Assembly (NCBI GenBank): GCA_038134595.1
Contig: JAYPVM010000001.1
Location: forward strand, 355,369-419,368
DNA: 64,000 nucleotides
Direction: 5' to 3'
Source of the DNA: Pseudomonadota bacterium
Lineage (GTDB): Bacteria > Bdellovibrionota_C > UBA2361 > OMII01
Part shown: in pieces, positions 1-9,245 of the stretch
Layout: each line of letters begins with the position of its first letter
Position numbering within the stretch: position 1 is the first letter of the stretch
Notes under the pieces: generated by a model
The model's database searches: none
The model's input: only the letters and a program-made list of their open reading frames with translations
Told to the model about the DNA's origin: nothing
Program-made: the position numbers and the translations under genes

Positions 1-98
1 AGGCTCCTACAGCCGGAAAGGTAGTCAAGATTCTTGGCGCAGACGGTCAAGTCGTCGAGTTTGGCGAAGTGTTATTTCTAATCGATCCATCGGTTTAA
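1..98 (+). CDS. accB: Biotin carboxyl carrier protein, 3' end (partial)
   Basis: Frame from nt 3 reads APTAGKVVKILGADGQVVEFGEVLFLIDPSV*, a typical BCCP C-terminus; lies directly upstream of accC. Confidence 0.85.
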   Translation, partial: APTAGKVVKILGADGQVVEFGEVLFLIDPSV

Positions 99-102
99 TC
101 TC

Positions 103-1461
103 ATGAGTGAGCTTCCTTTTAAGAAAGTTCTCATCGCAAATCGCGGTGAGATAGCCCTTCGAATTATTCGTGCTTGTCATGAATTAGGCATTCAGACGGT
201 TGCGGTGCACTCTAAAGCGGATGACGATGCTTTGCACGTAAAGCTTGCCACAGAGAGTGTCTGTATCGGGCCAGCTTTGGCAAAAGAGAGCTACCTGAAT
301 ATCGCCTCCATTATGTCGGCGGCTGTTGCTACCCGTGCAGATGCAATCCATCCAGGATACGGGTTTTTGAGTGAAAATGCCGCGTTTGCTGAGATATGTG
401 GAAGTTGTGGTATTACATTTATCGGTCCAACAGTGAAAAACATGCGGGTTATGGGTGATAAAGCCCGTGCAAGGCGTGTTGCTGACAAGGTCGGCGTGCC
501 CACGATCCCAGGGGACAGCCGTGGTTTTCTCAATGCCAAGGAGGCCTATTCTGTTGCCGAGGATGCAGGATTTCCGATTCTACTGAAAGCTTGTGCTGGA
601 GGTGGCGGTCGAGGAATGAAGATCGTTAAGAATGCCGATGAGTTCGCAAGTGCGTTTAGTACCGCACAGCGTGAGGTCGAGGCTGCATTCGGGGATGGAC
701 ATCTTCTCGTTGAAAAGTACCTACCCAAGGTGAGACACATTGAGGTTCAGCTCGCAGGAGATCAGGCGCATAACATCGTACACTTAGGAATTCGAGATTG
801 CTCAATTCAGAGGCGTTATCAAAAAGTTATTGAAGAGGCTCCATCGATAGGGTTGCCAGCGGGACTGCAAGAGCAGATTCAAGACGCAGCGGTGGAGTTG
901 GGTCAGGCTGTGAATTATTCGAGCCTTGGAACTGTAGAGTTTCTTGCAGATCTTGAGCAGGAGCGTTTTTATTTCATAGAGATGAACACACGCTTGCAGG
1001 TGGAGCACCCTGTGACCGAGATGATTACAGATATCGATCTTGTGAAAGAGCAGATTAGAATCGCCGCTGGAATGGAGCTCTCAGTTAAGCAGAGCGATAT
1101 ATCGTTCTCTGGGCATGCTATGGAAGCTCGAATTAATGCAGAAGATCCGAGAACACTGATTCCGTGTCCCGGTCTTATTAAGAGCTACCATCCTCCAGGG
1201 GGTAATGGCGTGCGAGTTGATTCGGCTTTGTATGCAGGCTATTCCATTAAACCGTATTACGACTCGATGATTGCAAAGCTCATCGTTCGAGATAAGGATA
1301 GAGAGTCGTGTATCAAAAAGCTTCTGGTAGCTCTTGATGAGTACCTGATTGATGGTATTACGACCAATATCGAACTCCACCGGAGAATTTTGTCGCATCC
1401 TGACTTTAGGAGTGGTAACTTTTCAACGAAGTTTTTGGACCAAACCCAGCTTTTTGATTAG
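103..1461 (+). CDS. accC: Acetyl-CoA carboxylase biotin carboxylase subunit
   Basis: KVLIANRGEIALRIIRAC, HPGYGFLSEN, GGGGRGM, RDCSIQRR, EMNTRLQVEHPVTE, YYDSMIAKLI. Confidence 0.97.
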   Translation: MSELPFKKVLIANRGEIALRIIRACHELGIQTVAVHSKADDDALHVKLATESVCIGPALAKESYLNIASIMSAAVATRADAIHPGYGFLSENAAFAEICGSCGITFIGPTVKNMRVMGDKARARRVADKVGVPTIPGDSRGFLNAKEAYSVAEDAGFPILLKACAGGGGRGMKIVKNADEFASAFSTAQREVEAAFGDGHLLVEKYLPKVRHIEVQLAGDQAHNIVHLGIRDCSIQRRYQKVIEEAPSIGLPAGLQEQIQDAAVELGQAVNYSSLGTVEFLADLEQERFYFIEMNTRLQVEHPVTEMITDIDLVKEQIRIAAGMELSVKQSDISFSGHAMEARINAEDPRTLIPCPGLIKSYHPPGGNGVRVDSALYAGYSIKPYYDSMIAKLIVRDKDRESCIKKLLVALDEYLIDGITTNIELHRRILSHPDFRSGNFSTKFLDQTQLFD

Positions 1462-1582
1462 CGCATTTTGCGCTCGCTCTAGCTATGGTAAAAGCTCCCT
1501 TGGTATGAACTGGGGTGAGGTAAGGTTCTCTATGTTTAGAGACTACCGGTCTGTAGGAATCGTTGTTCTAAGGAGGAGTCTG

Positions 1583-2596
1583 ATGGCTAGTCGCATGATG
1601 TCGTTTGTTTCACACTGTTTTTTGACTGTTATCTGCGCTCTGCTTGTAACGATGCCTCCAGCGTTTGCTGAAGAGGGACCTCATTTAAAGGTGCTTGAAT
1701 CGGAATTTGATTTTGGCACAGTTTCTGAGGGGGCTGTCGTTGAGCACGTATTTGGTATCCAGAATGCCGGTGATACGGATCTGACGATTCAGCGAGTTTC
1801 GGCGTCGTGTGGTTGTACTGCTGCTGTTGCCTCATCGACTACAGTCAAGCCAGGAGCTACAGAACAGGTAAAGGTATCTTTTAATACTCTGGGGTTTTTT
1901 GGACCAAAGACAAAAAGTGTTTATATCGTCTCAAATTCTACAGACAAGCCAGAGGCTATCGTAAAATTACGCGGAATTATCAACCGCGGAGTGACGATTA
2001 CACCACAGCGCATCGATTTCGGTTCGATAGCTCCGTCGGAGGGCGATAAGCCTCTGGAACAACAAGTATCCATCACCGTGGACTCAAAGCAGACGAGGGA
2101 GATCTCAGCAGTTCGAACATTTTCGAAGCATCTGAAAGTTTCGCCGATACGAAAGGAACAGAACCAACTGGCGTTTGCGGTTTCTCTTTCGAGTTCCGTT
2201 CCGATGGGAGAATTCCGGGAGCGGCTAGTTGTCCAGTTTAAAGATCCAAAGCATGCGGCAATGAACATACCAGTTGTTGCCTTTGTCAAAAAAGATTTAC
2301 GATTAAATCCCGCGACAGTTTCATTTGGAATCATTGAGGGGCTTGAGCGTATTGAGAGAAGGGTAGTGCTGGAGAATCGCTCTCAAGAGTTAATAGATAT
2401 CGAACGTCTTACAAGCTCGCATCCTGCGGTCACCGTGGATGTGAAAGAGCGAAAGGGAAGCAATATCGTGCTAGCACTACGGCTTGACCCTGCGAAGACC
2501 TCTGGAGACGTAAAAGGGGTTGTAGAAGTAGTAACAACGAGGCCAAAGGATGGTGTCTTGTCGTTAAGTGTGTTCGGAGTCGCCCCGCCTCAATAG
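1583..2596 (+). CDS. DUF1573-type Ig-like domain exported protein
   Basis: AGGAGG RBS before ATG 1583; signal peptide ending AFA; FDFGTV...N.G...L.I..V.ASCGCT motif; repeated DFG/SFG Ig-like modules. Confidence 0.75.
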   Translation: MASRMMSFVSHCFLTVICALLVTMPPAFAEEGPHLKVLESEFDFGTVSEGAVVEHVFGIQNAGDTDLTIQRVSASCGCTAAVASSTTVKPGATEQVKVSFNTLGFFGPKTKSVYIVSNSTDKPEAIVKLRGIINRGVTITPQRIDFGSIAPSEGDKPLEQQVSITVDSKQTREISAVRTFSKHLKVSPIRKEQNQLAFAVSLSSSVPMGEFRERLVVQFKDPKHAAMNIPVVAFVKKDLRLNPATVSFGIIEGLERIERRVVLENRSQELIDIERLTSSHPAVTVDVKERKGSNIVLALRLDPAKTSGDVKGVVEVVTTRPKDGVLSLSVFGVAPPQ

Positions 2597-2627
2597 TGTT
2601 TATCAGAGTATGATTTTTTAAGCTGTT

Positions 2628-4280
2628 GTGATGGTCTTTAGGCGAGCTATTGAGTTATTACCATTGATTCGATTCGGCTTGGTATTGGCGGCTCTCTGTA
2701 ATGTATTTTCTTATGAAGGCCGCGCCCAGTCCAGTCGTGGTTCCTATGTGCAGATAGGCGATGTAAGATTGGCTGTGGATTCCGTTGAGCCTATCGCTAC
2801 TGATACTCTGAAGGTAGCGGTTTTTGAAGACACCTTTCTTGTCTCGAAGGAAGCTGTAGGCCGAGCGGTAGTGTCTCGTTATATAGACAATTTCGATCGT
2901 TTTTCTGAGCAGGTGCTTCCCGAGTTGGGAACGCTCTTAAAAATTGTAGAGCAATACGACGACAACAAGCTTGCGAGCAAGCTTGTTGTCGTTGCGGCAC
3001 ACAGTAAAACGTCTGCCGTCTTTGATAGCGTGTCGTGGTGGCAAGCGGCTTTAGAGTATCAACAGATTGTAGAGTCTCTGGCAACGCTGGTTGCTGAGGG
3101 AATGAGCATTGAAGTTTCACGAGAGTGTGTTATCGGAAGGGCTTGGCAACAAGATGCATCGCGGAAGTATTATCGACTCCTTGAGATTGGGCAACGCAAG
3201 GAGTGCCTCCTTGACACACAAGACACGTTGCTATCGATATTTGCCGGTGAAACGAGTTTGAAAGACGCGTTAGGTGAAGCAAGGGCTCAAGAGCAATCCT
3301 TTGTGAGCAATAAGGAGCTCCTGACCGCGACGCATGAACATGTTGCGGTTCTAAACGACATTGCCCGCGCTGTAGATTTAGCCGATTGGAGTTTGTTGCA
3401 GGAAACACTTTCTCGAGTTTCTCTTGATGCGGATAGAGGGACATTTCTTTCGAAAGCGGCGGTGTTTTTTCTCCATGCAACAGAGGAGAAGGGAGGAGCT
3501 CTTAAAGCTCTTCCATTTATTATTGATACGTCGAGAACTCCACAGGTCCACGCTGATATTGTTCGTATCGTTCGTTCGTTGAGAGGGAGGGATCTTTTGG
3601 TGCTTCGCTCTGACGATGTCTCCTCTTCTCTATCGATATTGGGCGATAAAGACGAAGAGTTGCGGCATGAATTTTCGAGTTTCGTTTGTCGAGTTCTTTC
3701 AGGTGCGGTTACTCAAGATGTAGTTGCCCGAGGTACCGAGGTGGCTCATATCTATACCACCAATTCCATCATCCGAGGAGCTGCCACAGAGCGAGTAGCG
3801 ACATGCTTAGCCTCCGCCGCGAGTGTATACGGTAAAAGTGGCGATAGGCACTATGTGATGAGAGAGTGGGGAGAGTCTCTTTCGACCAGCGCATGGCTAA
3901 GATTATATCTATCGACGATGGGTGTGCGGAGGCCGATATGGATATTTGTGTGTTTGGTGTTTTTGGTAGGTTGGTTGGTGGTGAGAAAGTATCGGGGTCG
4001 CAGGCTGACGACTCAATCTTCATCCGAGGATAAATCAGGGGTTGAAGTTCCATTAGACGATCCGTTTGAGGAAGATCAGCAAATTTTACGAGAGTCTTTG
4101 GCGTTCTTTGGATTGGAATTGGGTGCATCCGAGCGGGATGTAAAAAACGCCTACCGACAGGCTGTGAAAAAGTACCATCCTGATAGCGGGTACGCTCGGG
4201 AGGATGGTAATGAGCAATTTATCGCAATAACACAACAGTACGAGCGACTGTTACAGCTGTTACTCAAGAAACAGAATTAG
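2628..4280 (+). CDS. Membrane-anchored protein with C-terminal DnaJ (J) domain
   Basis: N-terminal signal-like segment, TM IWIFVCLVFLVGWLVV, C-terminal FFGLELGASERDVKNAYRQAVKKYHPD J-domain. Confidence 0.75.
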   Translation: MMVFRRAIELLPLIRFGLVLAALCNVFSYEGRAQSSRGSYVQIGDVRLAVDSVEPIATDTLKVAVFEDTFLVSKEAVGRAVVSRYIDNFDRFSEQVLPELGTLLKIVEQYDDNKLASKLVVVAAHSKTSAVFDSVSWWQAALEYQQIVESLATLVAEGMSIEVSRECVIGRAWQQDASRKYYRLLEIGQRKECLLDTQDTLLSIFAGETSLKDALGEARAQEQSFVSNKELLTATHEHVAVLNDIARAVDLADWSLLQETLSRVSLDADRGTFLSKAAVFFLHATEEKGGALKALPFIIDTSRTPQVHADIVRIVRSLRGRDLLVLRSDDVSSSLSILGDKDEELRHEFSSFVCRVLSGAVTQDVVARGTEVAHIYTTNSIIRGAATERVATCLASAASVYGKSGDRHYVMREWGESLSTSAWLRLYLSTMGVRRPIWIFVCLVFLVGWLVVRKYRGRRLTTQSSSEDKSGVEVPLDDPFEEDQQILRESLAFFGLELGASERDVKNAYRQAVKKYHPDSGYAREDGNEQFIAITQQYERLLQLLLKKQN

Positions 4281-4300
4281 TGAGCGTTGATCGGCAATTA

Positions 4301-4699
4301 CTATAAGACGGCCTGCAGAGTTTGTCTGACAATACGGGTTCGCCGGACAAGCTGTGGCTGACGAGCTAGGGATACCGTAGAACTTCGTTGCCGTGATGCT
4401 AATCGTCTATTGCTTAATTCGCGAACCCGAGGCGTTGGAATGGTCGCAGAAGAACGACTTATTCGTGTCCCTACTTGAGCCCTTAAATGCTCCGGCAGAT
4501 CCTGTAAAACCGCTCCCTCCACCAAGTGTCGTGCAAGGGCAGAGGTAGTATCTACTCGTTTTAGAAACTGATGCGTTAACCCCTGACGTATAAGGGGATT
4601 AAGCTCATCGTATTCGTTTGCGATGAGCATTCCCCACAGGGGATTGCCCGATTGTATTTGGTACGCGACTTCTTTAAGTATTGTAGTGTTCATATCCAT
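4301..4699 (-). CDS. Hypothetical protein with Arg-rich C-terminus
   Basis: ORF convergent with the J-domain gene; ATG 4699/4693 just downstream of a sigma54-like site; no recognised motif. Confidence 0.45.
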   Translation of the reverse strand: MDMNTTILKEVAYQIQSGNPLWGMLIANEYDELNPLIRQGLTHQFLKRVDTTSALARHLVEGAVLQDLPEHLRAQVGTRISRSSATIPTPRVRELSNRRLASRQRSSTVSLARQPQLVRRTRIVRQTLQAVL

Positions 4700-4710
4700 G
4701 CCAGCTAGGG

Positions 4711-4726
4711 AGCACTTCGCGTGCCA
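4711..4726 (-). promoter_or_regulatory. Putative sigma54 (-24/-12) promoter
   Basis: Minus strand TGGCACGCGAAGTGCT gives GG-N10-GC with a TGGCAC core. Confidence 0.55.
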
Positions 4727-4972
4727 CTCGTGCAGATGTCTTAATGCACTGAAAAGACACGGTATTTTTAACGTGGTGTCGTGGCGGTGTGGCATGTTGC
4801 ATCAGCTAAGGAGCACAATGCCGCATCACTTATGAGCGCTGTGGATTGTATAACCGCCGGTAAGGTCTGAGTTGATGAATTTGTTCGATTGTATGTAGAG
4901 CCAAGGCTATGTGGCGTCGAAGCAATCTTGAATCGAATGTGGGATTTAACCTCTGATATGAGCGGGATGACA

Positions 4973-5001
4973 GTGACATAAACGAGGTTTTGTCTTATAC
5001 T
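4973..5001 (+). promoter_or_regulatory. Putative sigma70 promoter of ffs
   Basis: GTGACA-17 bp-TATACT immediately upstream of the SRP RNA. Confidence 0.55.
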
Positions 5002-5004
5002 GCC

Positions 5005-5107
5005 GGGGCGGCGCTCTGGTGCGCGCGAGTGAGTGCGCGAACCCGGCCAGGACTGGAAAGTAGCAACCGTAGTGTACAGACCTGTGATGCGTGCCAGACG
5101 TCGTTTT
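5005..5107 (+). ncRNA. ffs: Signal recognition particle RNA (small bacterial 4.5S type)
   Basis: Helix-8 motif CAGG-ACT-GGAA-AGT-AGCAA; 5' GGGGCGGCGCTCTGGTGCGC pairs with 3' GCGTGCCAGACGTCGTTTT; classic position upstream of dnaX. Confidence 0.9.
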
Positions 5108-5357
5108 GTAGCTTTCGTTACAGTAGAGTTTGAGATCGAGAGTATTTTTCTTTCGATGGGCTTAACTGAGGCACTGACGACCGCGTATGAATGCGGCCAG
5201 GGCTTTTGCGAAGGCACCTAAAGTGATGCTCGATTTGTGTGCTGATTATTAACAGCTCGTAGATTGAGCGAGGAACTCTCGGAAACGATTTAAAAGCTGT
5301 TCTCGAGAGTTGTTCGCGACTATTGTTCACAGGTTATTGTCCGAAGGTGGCCAAACA

Positions 5358-7067
5358 GTGTCCTATCTCGTTTTAGCCCGAAAGTATCGTCCGACAGGTT
5401 TCGCATCTGTTTCTGGTCAAGAACATGTTACCCGTACGCTTTCTAATGCTATCCTGCGGGATAAGGTCGTACACGCTTTCTTGTTCACTGGGCCGCGCGG
5501 TGTGGGCAAGACCTCTGTGTCTCGCATATTGTCTAAAGCACTTAATTGCCAGAGCCCCTCGGGAGCGGAACCGTGCCAGCAGTGTGCGCCGTGTAAAGAG
5601 ATAAGCACTGGAAATAGCTTGGCTGTTCGAGAGATAGACGGAGCTTCGCACAACAGTGTGGATAATGTCCGAGAGCTCATGGATTCTTTCAAGACGCTTC
5701 CACCGCCGGGTTACAAGAATAAAGTTTATATTATCGACGAGGTGCATATGTTGAGCATCTCAGCGTTTAACGCGTTACTAAAGAGTCTAGAGGAGCCTCC
5801 GCCACACACAGTTTTCATATTAGCAACGACTGAGGTCCATAAAATACCCGACACAGTATTGTCGCGATGTCAGCGACACGATTTTCGTGCACTTGGTATT
5901 GCTAGTATAGAAAGCCGGTTGCGAGAGATTTGCGATTTAGAAGGTTTGAAAGCAGAGCAGGAAGCTATCACCCTTATTGCCAGGCTCGCCGATGGTTCGA
6001 TGCGCGATGCGCAGACGCTTCTTGATCGGGTGCAGACATTTTGTGATGGTGCTATCTCCGTTAACGAGGCCAGCCAGGCTTTAGGAACCGTTTCTCGGGC
6101 GAGTCTGATTGGTGTTGCTTCTCGGATTGTTGCTCGAGATATTCCTGCCTTGCTTGAGAGTGTTGGAGAGCTATTTTCAACGGGAGTAGATCCTACGACG
6201 GTCTTGCGTGAATTTACTAATCTGTGGAGAGAGCTTTTTATTGCAAAGTTTGCAGGCGAGAAAAAACTACGCAGTCTGGGTGTAAGTGCAGATGGTATTG
6301 TTGAAACATTGCGATTAGTCTCCTCATTGGATCCGTTGGATGTGCAAGACCTCTGGGATTTAGCTCGAGAGGGGAGTGATCGATGTCTCCGCTCATCAAA
6401 TCCGCGGTATGGTTTTGAGGCTCTTGTGGTGCGGATGGCTGTTCGAGAGCCAATGCAGAGTATAGGCCAATTGGTAAGTGGGTTGCTCAATCAGAATGTG
6501 GGAGCGACTGAGGGTTCTGTGATGGCCGGGTCGACTATCGGAGTATCTGCTCAAACTAGAGAGGGTAGTGGCGCAACTGTCGAAAAAACAGCTATCACAA
6601 GACCACGTAGTACGGCAGCTGAGGTTGAAGATTCGACGCCAAGCGTGGAAGCTTCGCGGAAAACTGGTGGTGAGGCGTCGTTAGGTGATTGGAAGTCGTT
6701 TCTTGCATTTGCTAGAGAGCGGGGGGGACGAATCCTATTTGAAAATTTGAAGCGTCTTGTGGTCAAGAGGTTTAGCGACGGGTCACTAGAGGCAACGGGC
6801 CCACAGTTTAGTATTACGAGCCTTCAGCGGGAGAGTACAAAGCTTCAAGAATTACTGCAGGTGTTTTCGGGTGGCGATGCTACGGCACCCCATTGGAAAT
6901 TGCTTCTAACTGCCGGTGAAGAACGGAAAGGACAAGAGGCAATGCAGTCGCCTGTTAGACAAAAAAAAATAGCAGTCGAAGCGATAGAAGATCACCCCGC
7001 GCTTAAAAGCCTGCAAAAGGTTTTTCCGGGAAGTAAGGTAGAAAAAGTTAAGGTCAAAAACGTTTAG
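5358..7067 (+). CDS. dnaX: DNA polymerase III subunit gamma/tau
   Basis: GTG start SYLVLARKYRP, Walker A GPRGVGKTS, Zn-binding Cys cluster, DEVHML, AFNALLKSLEEPP, SRC. Confidence 0.97.
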   Translation: MSYLVLARKYRPTGFASVSGQEHVTRTLSNAILRDKVVHAFLFTGPRGVGKTSVSRILSKALNCQSPSGAEPCQQCAPCKEISTGNSLAVREIDGASHNSVDNVRELMDSFKTLPPPGYKNKVYIIDEVHMLSISAFNALLKSLEEPPPHTVFILATTEVHKIPDTVLSRCQRHDFRALGIASIESRLREICDLEGLKAEQEAITLIARLADGSMRDAQTLLDRVQTFCDGAISVNEASQALGTVSRASLIGVASRIVARDIPALLESVGELFSTGVDPTTVLREFTNLWRELFIAKFAGEKKLRSLGVSADGIVETLRLVSSLDPLDVQDLWDLAREGSDRCLRSSNPRYGFEALVVRMAVREPMQSIGQLVSGLLNQNVGATEGSVMAGSTIGVSAQTREGSGATVEKTAITRPRSTAAEVEDSTPSVEASRKTGGEASLGDWKSFLAFARERGGRILFENLKRLVVKRFSDGSLEATGPQFSITSLQRESTKLQELLQVFSGGDATAPHWKLLLTAGEERKGQEAMQSPVRQKKIAVEAIEDHPALKSLQKVFPGSKVEKVKVKNV

Positions 7068-7095
7068 TTTGATTGTTCATAAGGAGTAGGAACGT

Positions 7096-7431
7096 ATGGC
7101 TAGGGGATTTAACGGCATGCCGGGAGGCAACATGCAAGCGTTACTAAAGCAAGCGCAAAAAATGCAGCAAGATATGCAAAAAGCGCAAGCAGAAGTTGAG
7201 AGCTTTGAAGCCGAGGGATCGGCTGGTGGGGCCGTTAAGTGTATAGTAAACGGTAAATATGAAGTGCTATCAGTTTCAATAAGTCCTGAAGCGGTTAACC
7301 CTTCTGATGTAGAGGTTTTGCAGGATATGATTCAACTTGCCTTTACTGATGCGCTGCAGAAGGTAAAGCAACATTCAGACGCCAAGCTCTCCCAAGTGAC
7401 GGGTGGGATGAATCTACCGGGAATGTTTTAA
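7096..7431 (+). CDS. ybaB: YbaB/EbfC nucleoid-associated protein
   Basis: MQALLKQAQKMQ...EGSAGG...TGGMNLPGMF; dnaX-ybaB-recR synteny; AAGGAG RBS. Confidence 0.93.
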   Translation: MARGFNGMPGGNMQALLKQAQKMQQDMQKAQAEVESFEAEGSAGGAVKCIVNGKYEVLSVSISPEAVNPSDVEVLQDMIQLAFTDALQKVKQHSDAKLSQVTGGMNLPGMF

Positions 7432-7450
7432 TAAACTCAAGGGCAGACTA

Positions 7451-8056
7451 ATGCTTTCTTTTCCGCCGGTCTTACAAAAATTAGTGCGCGAGCTCTCCAA
7501 ATTGCCATCTATCGGTGAAAAGACCGCTACGCGCCTCGCGTATCATTTAGTCGCAAATGACCGAGATTTAGCAGGCTCCTTGAGTAAGGCACTGGAGGTG
7601 GCAGCCGCCGAGGTCGCACTTTGTCAGACGTGTTTCTTTTTAAGTGAAGGTGATACGTGTTCAATCTGTCGTAATCCATCACGTGATACGGGTGTGATCT
7701 GCGTCGTTGAGAAGCCTGTGGACTTGGTCGCTATTGAGCGGGGACGAGAATATCACGGTTCTTATCATGTACTCCATGGCCTCTGGGCTCCGTTACGAGG
7801 ACAAGGTCCTGAGTCAATGAGACTCAAGGAGCTCATGGCCCGAGTCGATGCCGCTCCGCCTCGGGAGGTTATATTGGCAACAAGCGCAACTGTTGAGGGT
7901 GATGCAACAGCGCTCTACATTGGTAGACAATTGACGGAGCTCGGTATTCAAGTAACAAGACCCGCGCAGGGGCTTCCTAAGGGGGGAGAATTGGAGTTTG
8001 CCGACGACGTTACCCTATCAAGAGCGTTTGCCGCTCGCAGTGCTTTAAGTGTTTAG
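7451..8056 (+). CDS. recR: Recombination mediator RecR
   Basis: LPSIGEKTATRLAY HhH, C4 zinc finger, ICVVE, YHVLHG, TVEGDATA Toprim. Confidence 0.96.
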   Translation: MLSFPPVLQKLVRELSKLPSIGEKTATRLAYHLVANDRDLAGSLSKALEVAAAEVALCQTCFFLSEGDTCSICRNPSRDTGVICVVEKPVDLVAIERGREYHGSYHVLHGLWAPLRGQGPESMRLKELMARVDAAPPREVILATSATVEGDATALYIGRQLTELGIQVTRPAQGLPKGGELEFADDVTLSRAFAARSALSV

Positions 8057-8107
8057 AAAAGAAAGGAAAAACTTGGTTCTAAGAGCATTGAAACGTGCCC
8101 TTGGGGG

Positions 8108-8136
8108 TTGACTTTCGCGTGCACTGAGTCGATTAT
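8108..8136 (+). promoter_or_regulatory. Putative sigma70 promoter of tRNA-Asn
   Basis: TTGACT-17 bp-GATTAT upstream of the tRNA. Confidence 0.45.
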
Positions 8137-8150
8137 TAGGGCTCACATTT

Positions 8151-8226
8151 TCCCCGGTAGCTCAGTTGGTAGAGCAGGTGGCTGTTAACCACCCTGTCGC
8201 TGGTTCGAGTCCGGCCCGGGGAGCCA
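8151..8226 (+). tRNA. tRNA-Asn (GTT)
   Basis: 76 nt cloverleaf, TCCCCGG/CCGGGGA acceptor, GGTGG-CT-GTT-AA-CCACC anticodon arm, GGTTCGAGTCC T-arm, encoded CCA. Confidence 0.97.
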
Positions 8227-8354
8227 GTTTTTTCCATTCGGCATTCGAGCCCAGGGGCTGCCGCCCCTCTCGCCCTCAACGGGCGTTCACCCCGCTTCTT
8301 GAAAGGTCAGTAGTTCTAGAGGAGCTATGAGCAGGGTTCTAAACGTGTCCGCTA

Positions 8355-8375
8355 CGGGGAGCCAATTTTTCCCAT
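8355..8375 (+). repeat. Copy of tRNA-Asn 3' end plus trailer (att-like scar)
   Basis: CGGGGAGCCAATTTTTCCCAT vs CGGGGAGCCAGTTTTTTCCAT at 8217-8237 (19/21 identical). Confidence 0.6.
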
Positions 8376-8543
8376 CATCGCTGTTCTTTGTAGTTTCGTA
8401 TCGGTTATTTATGACGGCAGATTCTTGAGTGCGATGCCACGTCATAATTGATAAGTACTTATCAAGAAAACGAATCTATTACCCTTGATACTAAGGGAGC
8501 TTCCATACTTTCGGCTCTACGCATAACCCGTTAGGATGCACCT

Positions 8544-9245
8544 ATGGATATGAACCTCTTGGCACTGTTGCCGGTAATGTATGTAGCGTTTCTCTTTAGC
8601 ACGGTTTGCCATGAGGCAGCGCATGCTTTAGTTGCTAAGTGGGGTGGAGACAATACTGCTTACGTCGGAGGACAGGTCTCGCTCGATCCAATGCCTCATG
8701 TCAGGCGAGAGCCGTTTGGCTTAATTTTGATTCCTATGCTCTCGCTATTCATGTCCGGAGGCGGAGCTATGTTCGGTTGGGGAAGTGCTCCCTTCGATCC
8801 ATTTTGGCAGATACGATATCCAAGGCGAGCAGCTTTGATGGCACTTGCAGGACCGATGACTAATTTCGCGTTGGCAGCCGTCGCGGCTCTCGTCATGCAT
8901 GCCGGAATTGCTATGGGTTATTTCTTTCCAGCGGGAGGGCTACAAGTTGTAGCGATCAATGGTGGACTCTTAGAGGCGTTCGCAGTTTTTATCAGTGTTT
9001 TTCTTAAGCTGAATGTATTGTTGGGGGTCTTTAATCTACTCCCTGTACCACCCCTTGATGGATATTCAGTGCTAGGCTTATTTCTTCCTGAGGATATCTT
9101 CCTTAGGTTGCTCGAAGTAATTCGGTCGCCGGCTTACTCAATCTTTGGATTGCTTTTTGCTTGGCATGCTTTGCCCTATATTATCAATCCCGCATTTAGC
9201 TTTGCTGCACGAATAATCAACCTATATGGGGCGGTCGGATACTAG
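8544..9245 (+). CDS. Site-2 protease (M50 family) membrane metalloprotease
   Basis: HEAAH zinc motif, ALAGPMTN, FNLLPVPPLDG; multiple TM segments. Confidence 0.92.
   Translation: MDMNLLALLPVMYVAFLFSTVCHEAAHALVAKWGGDNTAYVGGQVSLDPMPHVRREPFGLILIPMLSLFMSGGGAMFGWGSAPFDPFWQIRYPRRAALMALAGPMTNFALAAVAALVMHAGIAMGYFFPAGGLQVVAINGGLLEAFAVFISVFLKLNVLLGVFNLLPVPPLDGYSVLGLFLPEDIFLRLLEVIRSPAYSIFGLLFAWHALPYIINPAFSFAARIINLYGAVGY

Noticed and set aside
1349..1582. N-terminal extension of the DUF1573 ORF (likewise for mutM, dnaX, 43131 and 50841 ORFs)
   Set aside because: Extensions overlap neighbours or precede the family start; RBS or motif supports the downstream start
4768..5221. ORFs 4768-5217 (-) and 5033-5221 (+)
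   Set aside because: They overlap the SRP RNA and its promoter and have no protein-like motifs
5870..6490. 206-aa minus-strand ORF (and similar shadows inside accC, hppA, ettA, hisS)
   Set aside because: Antisense shadows of well-supported genes
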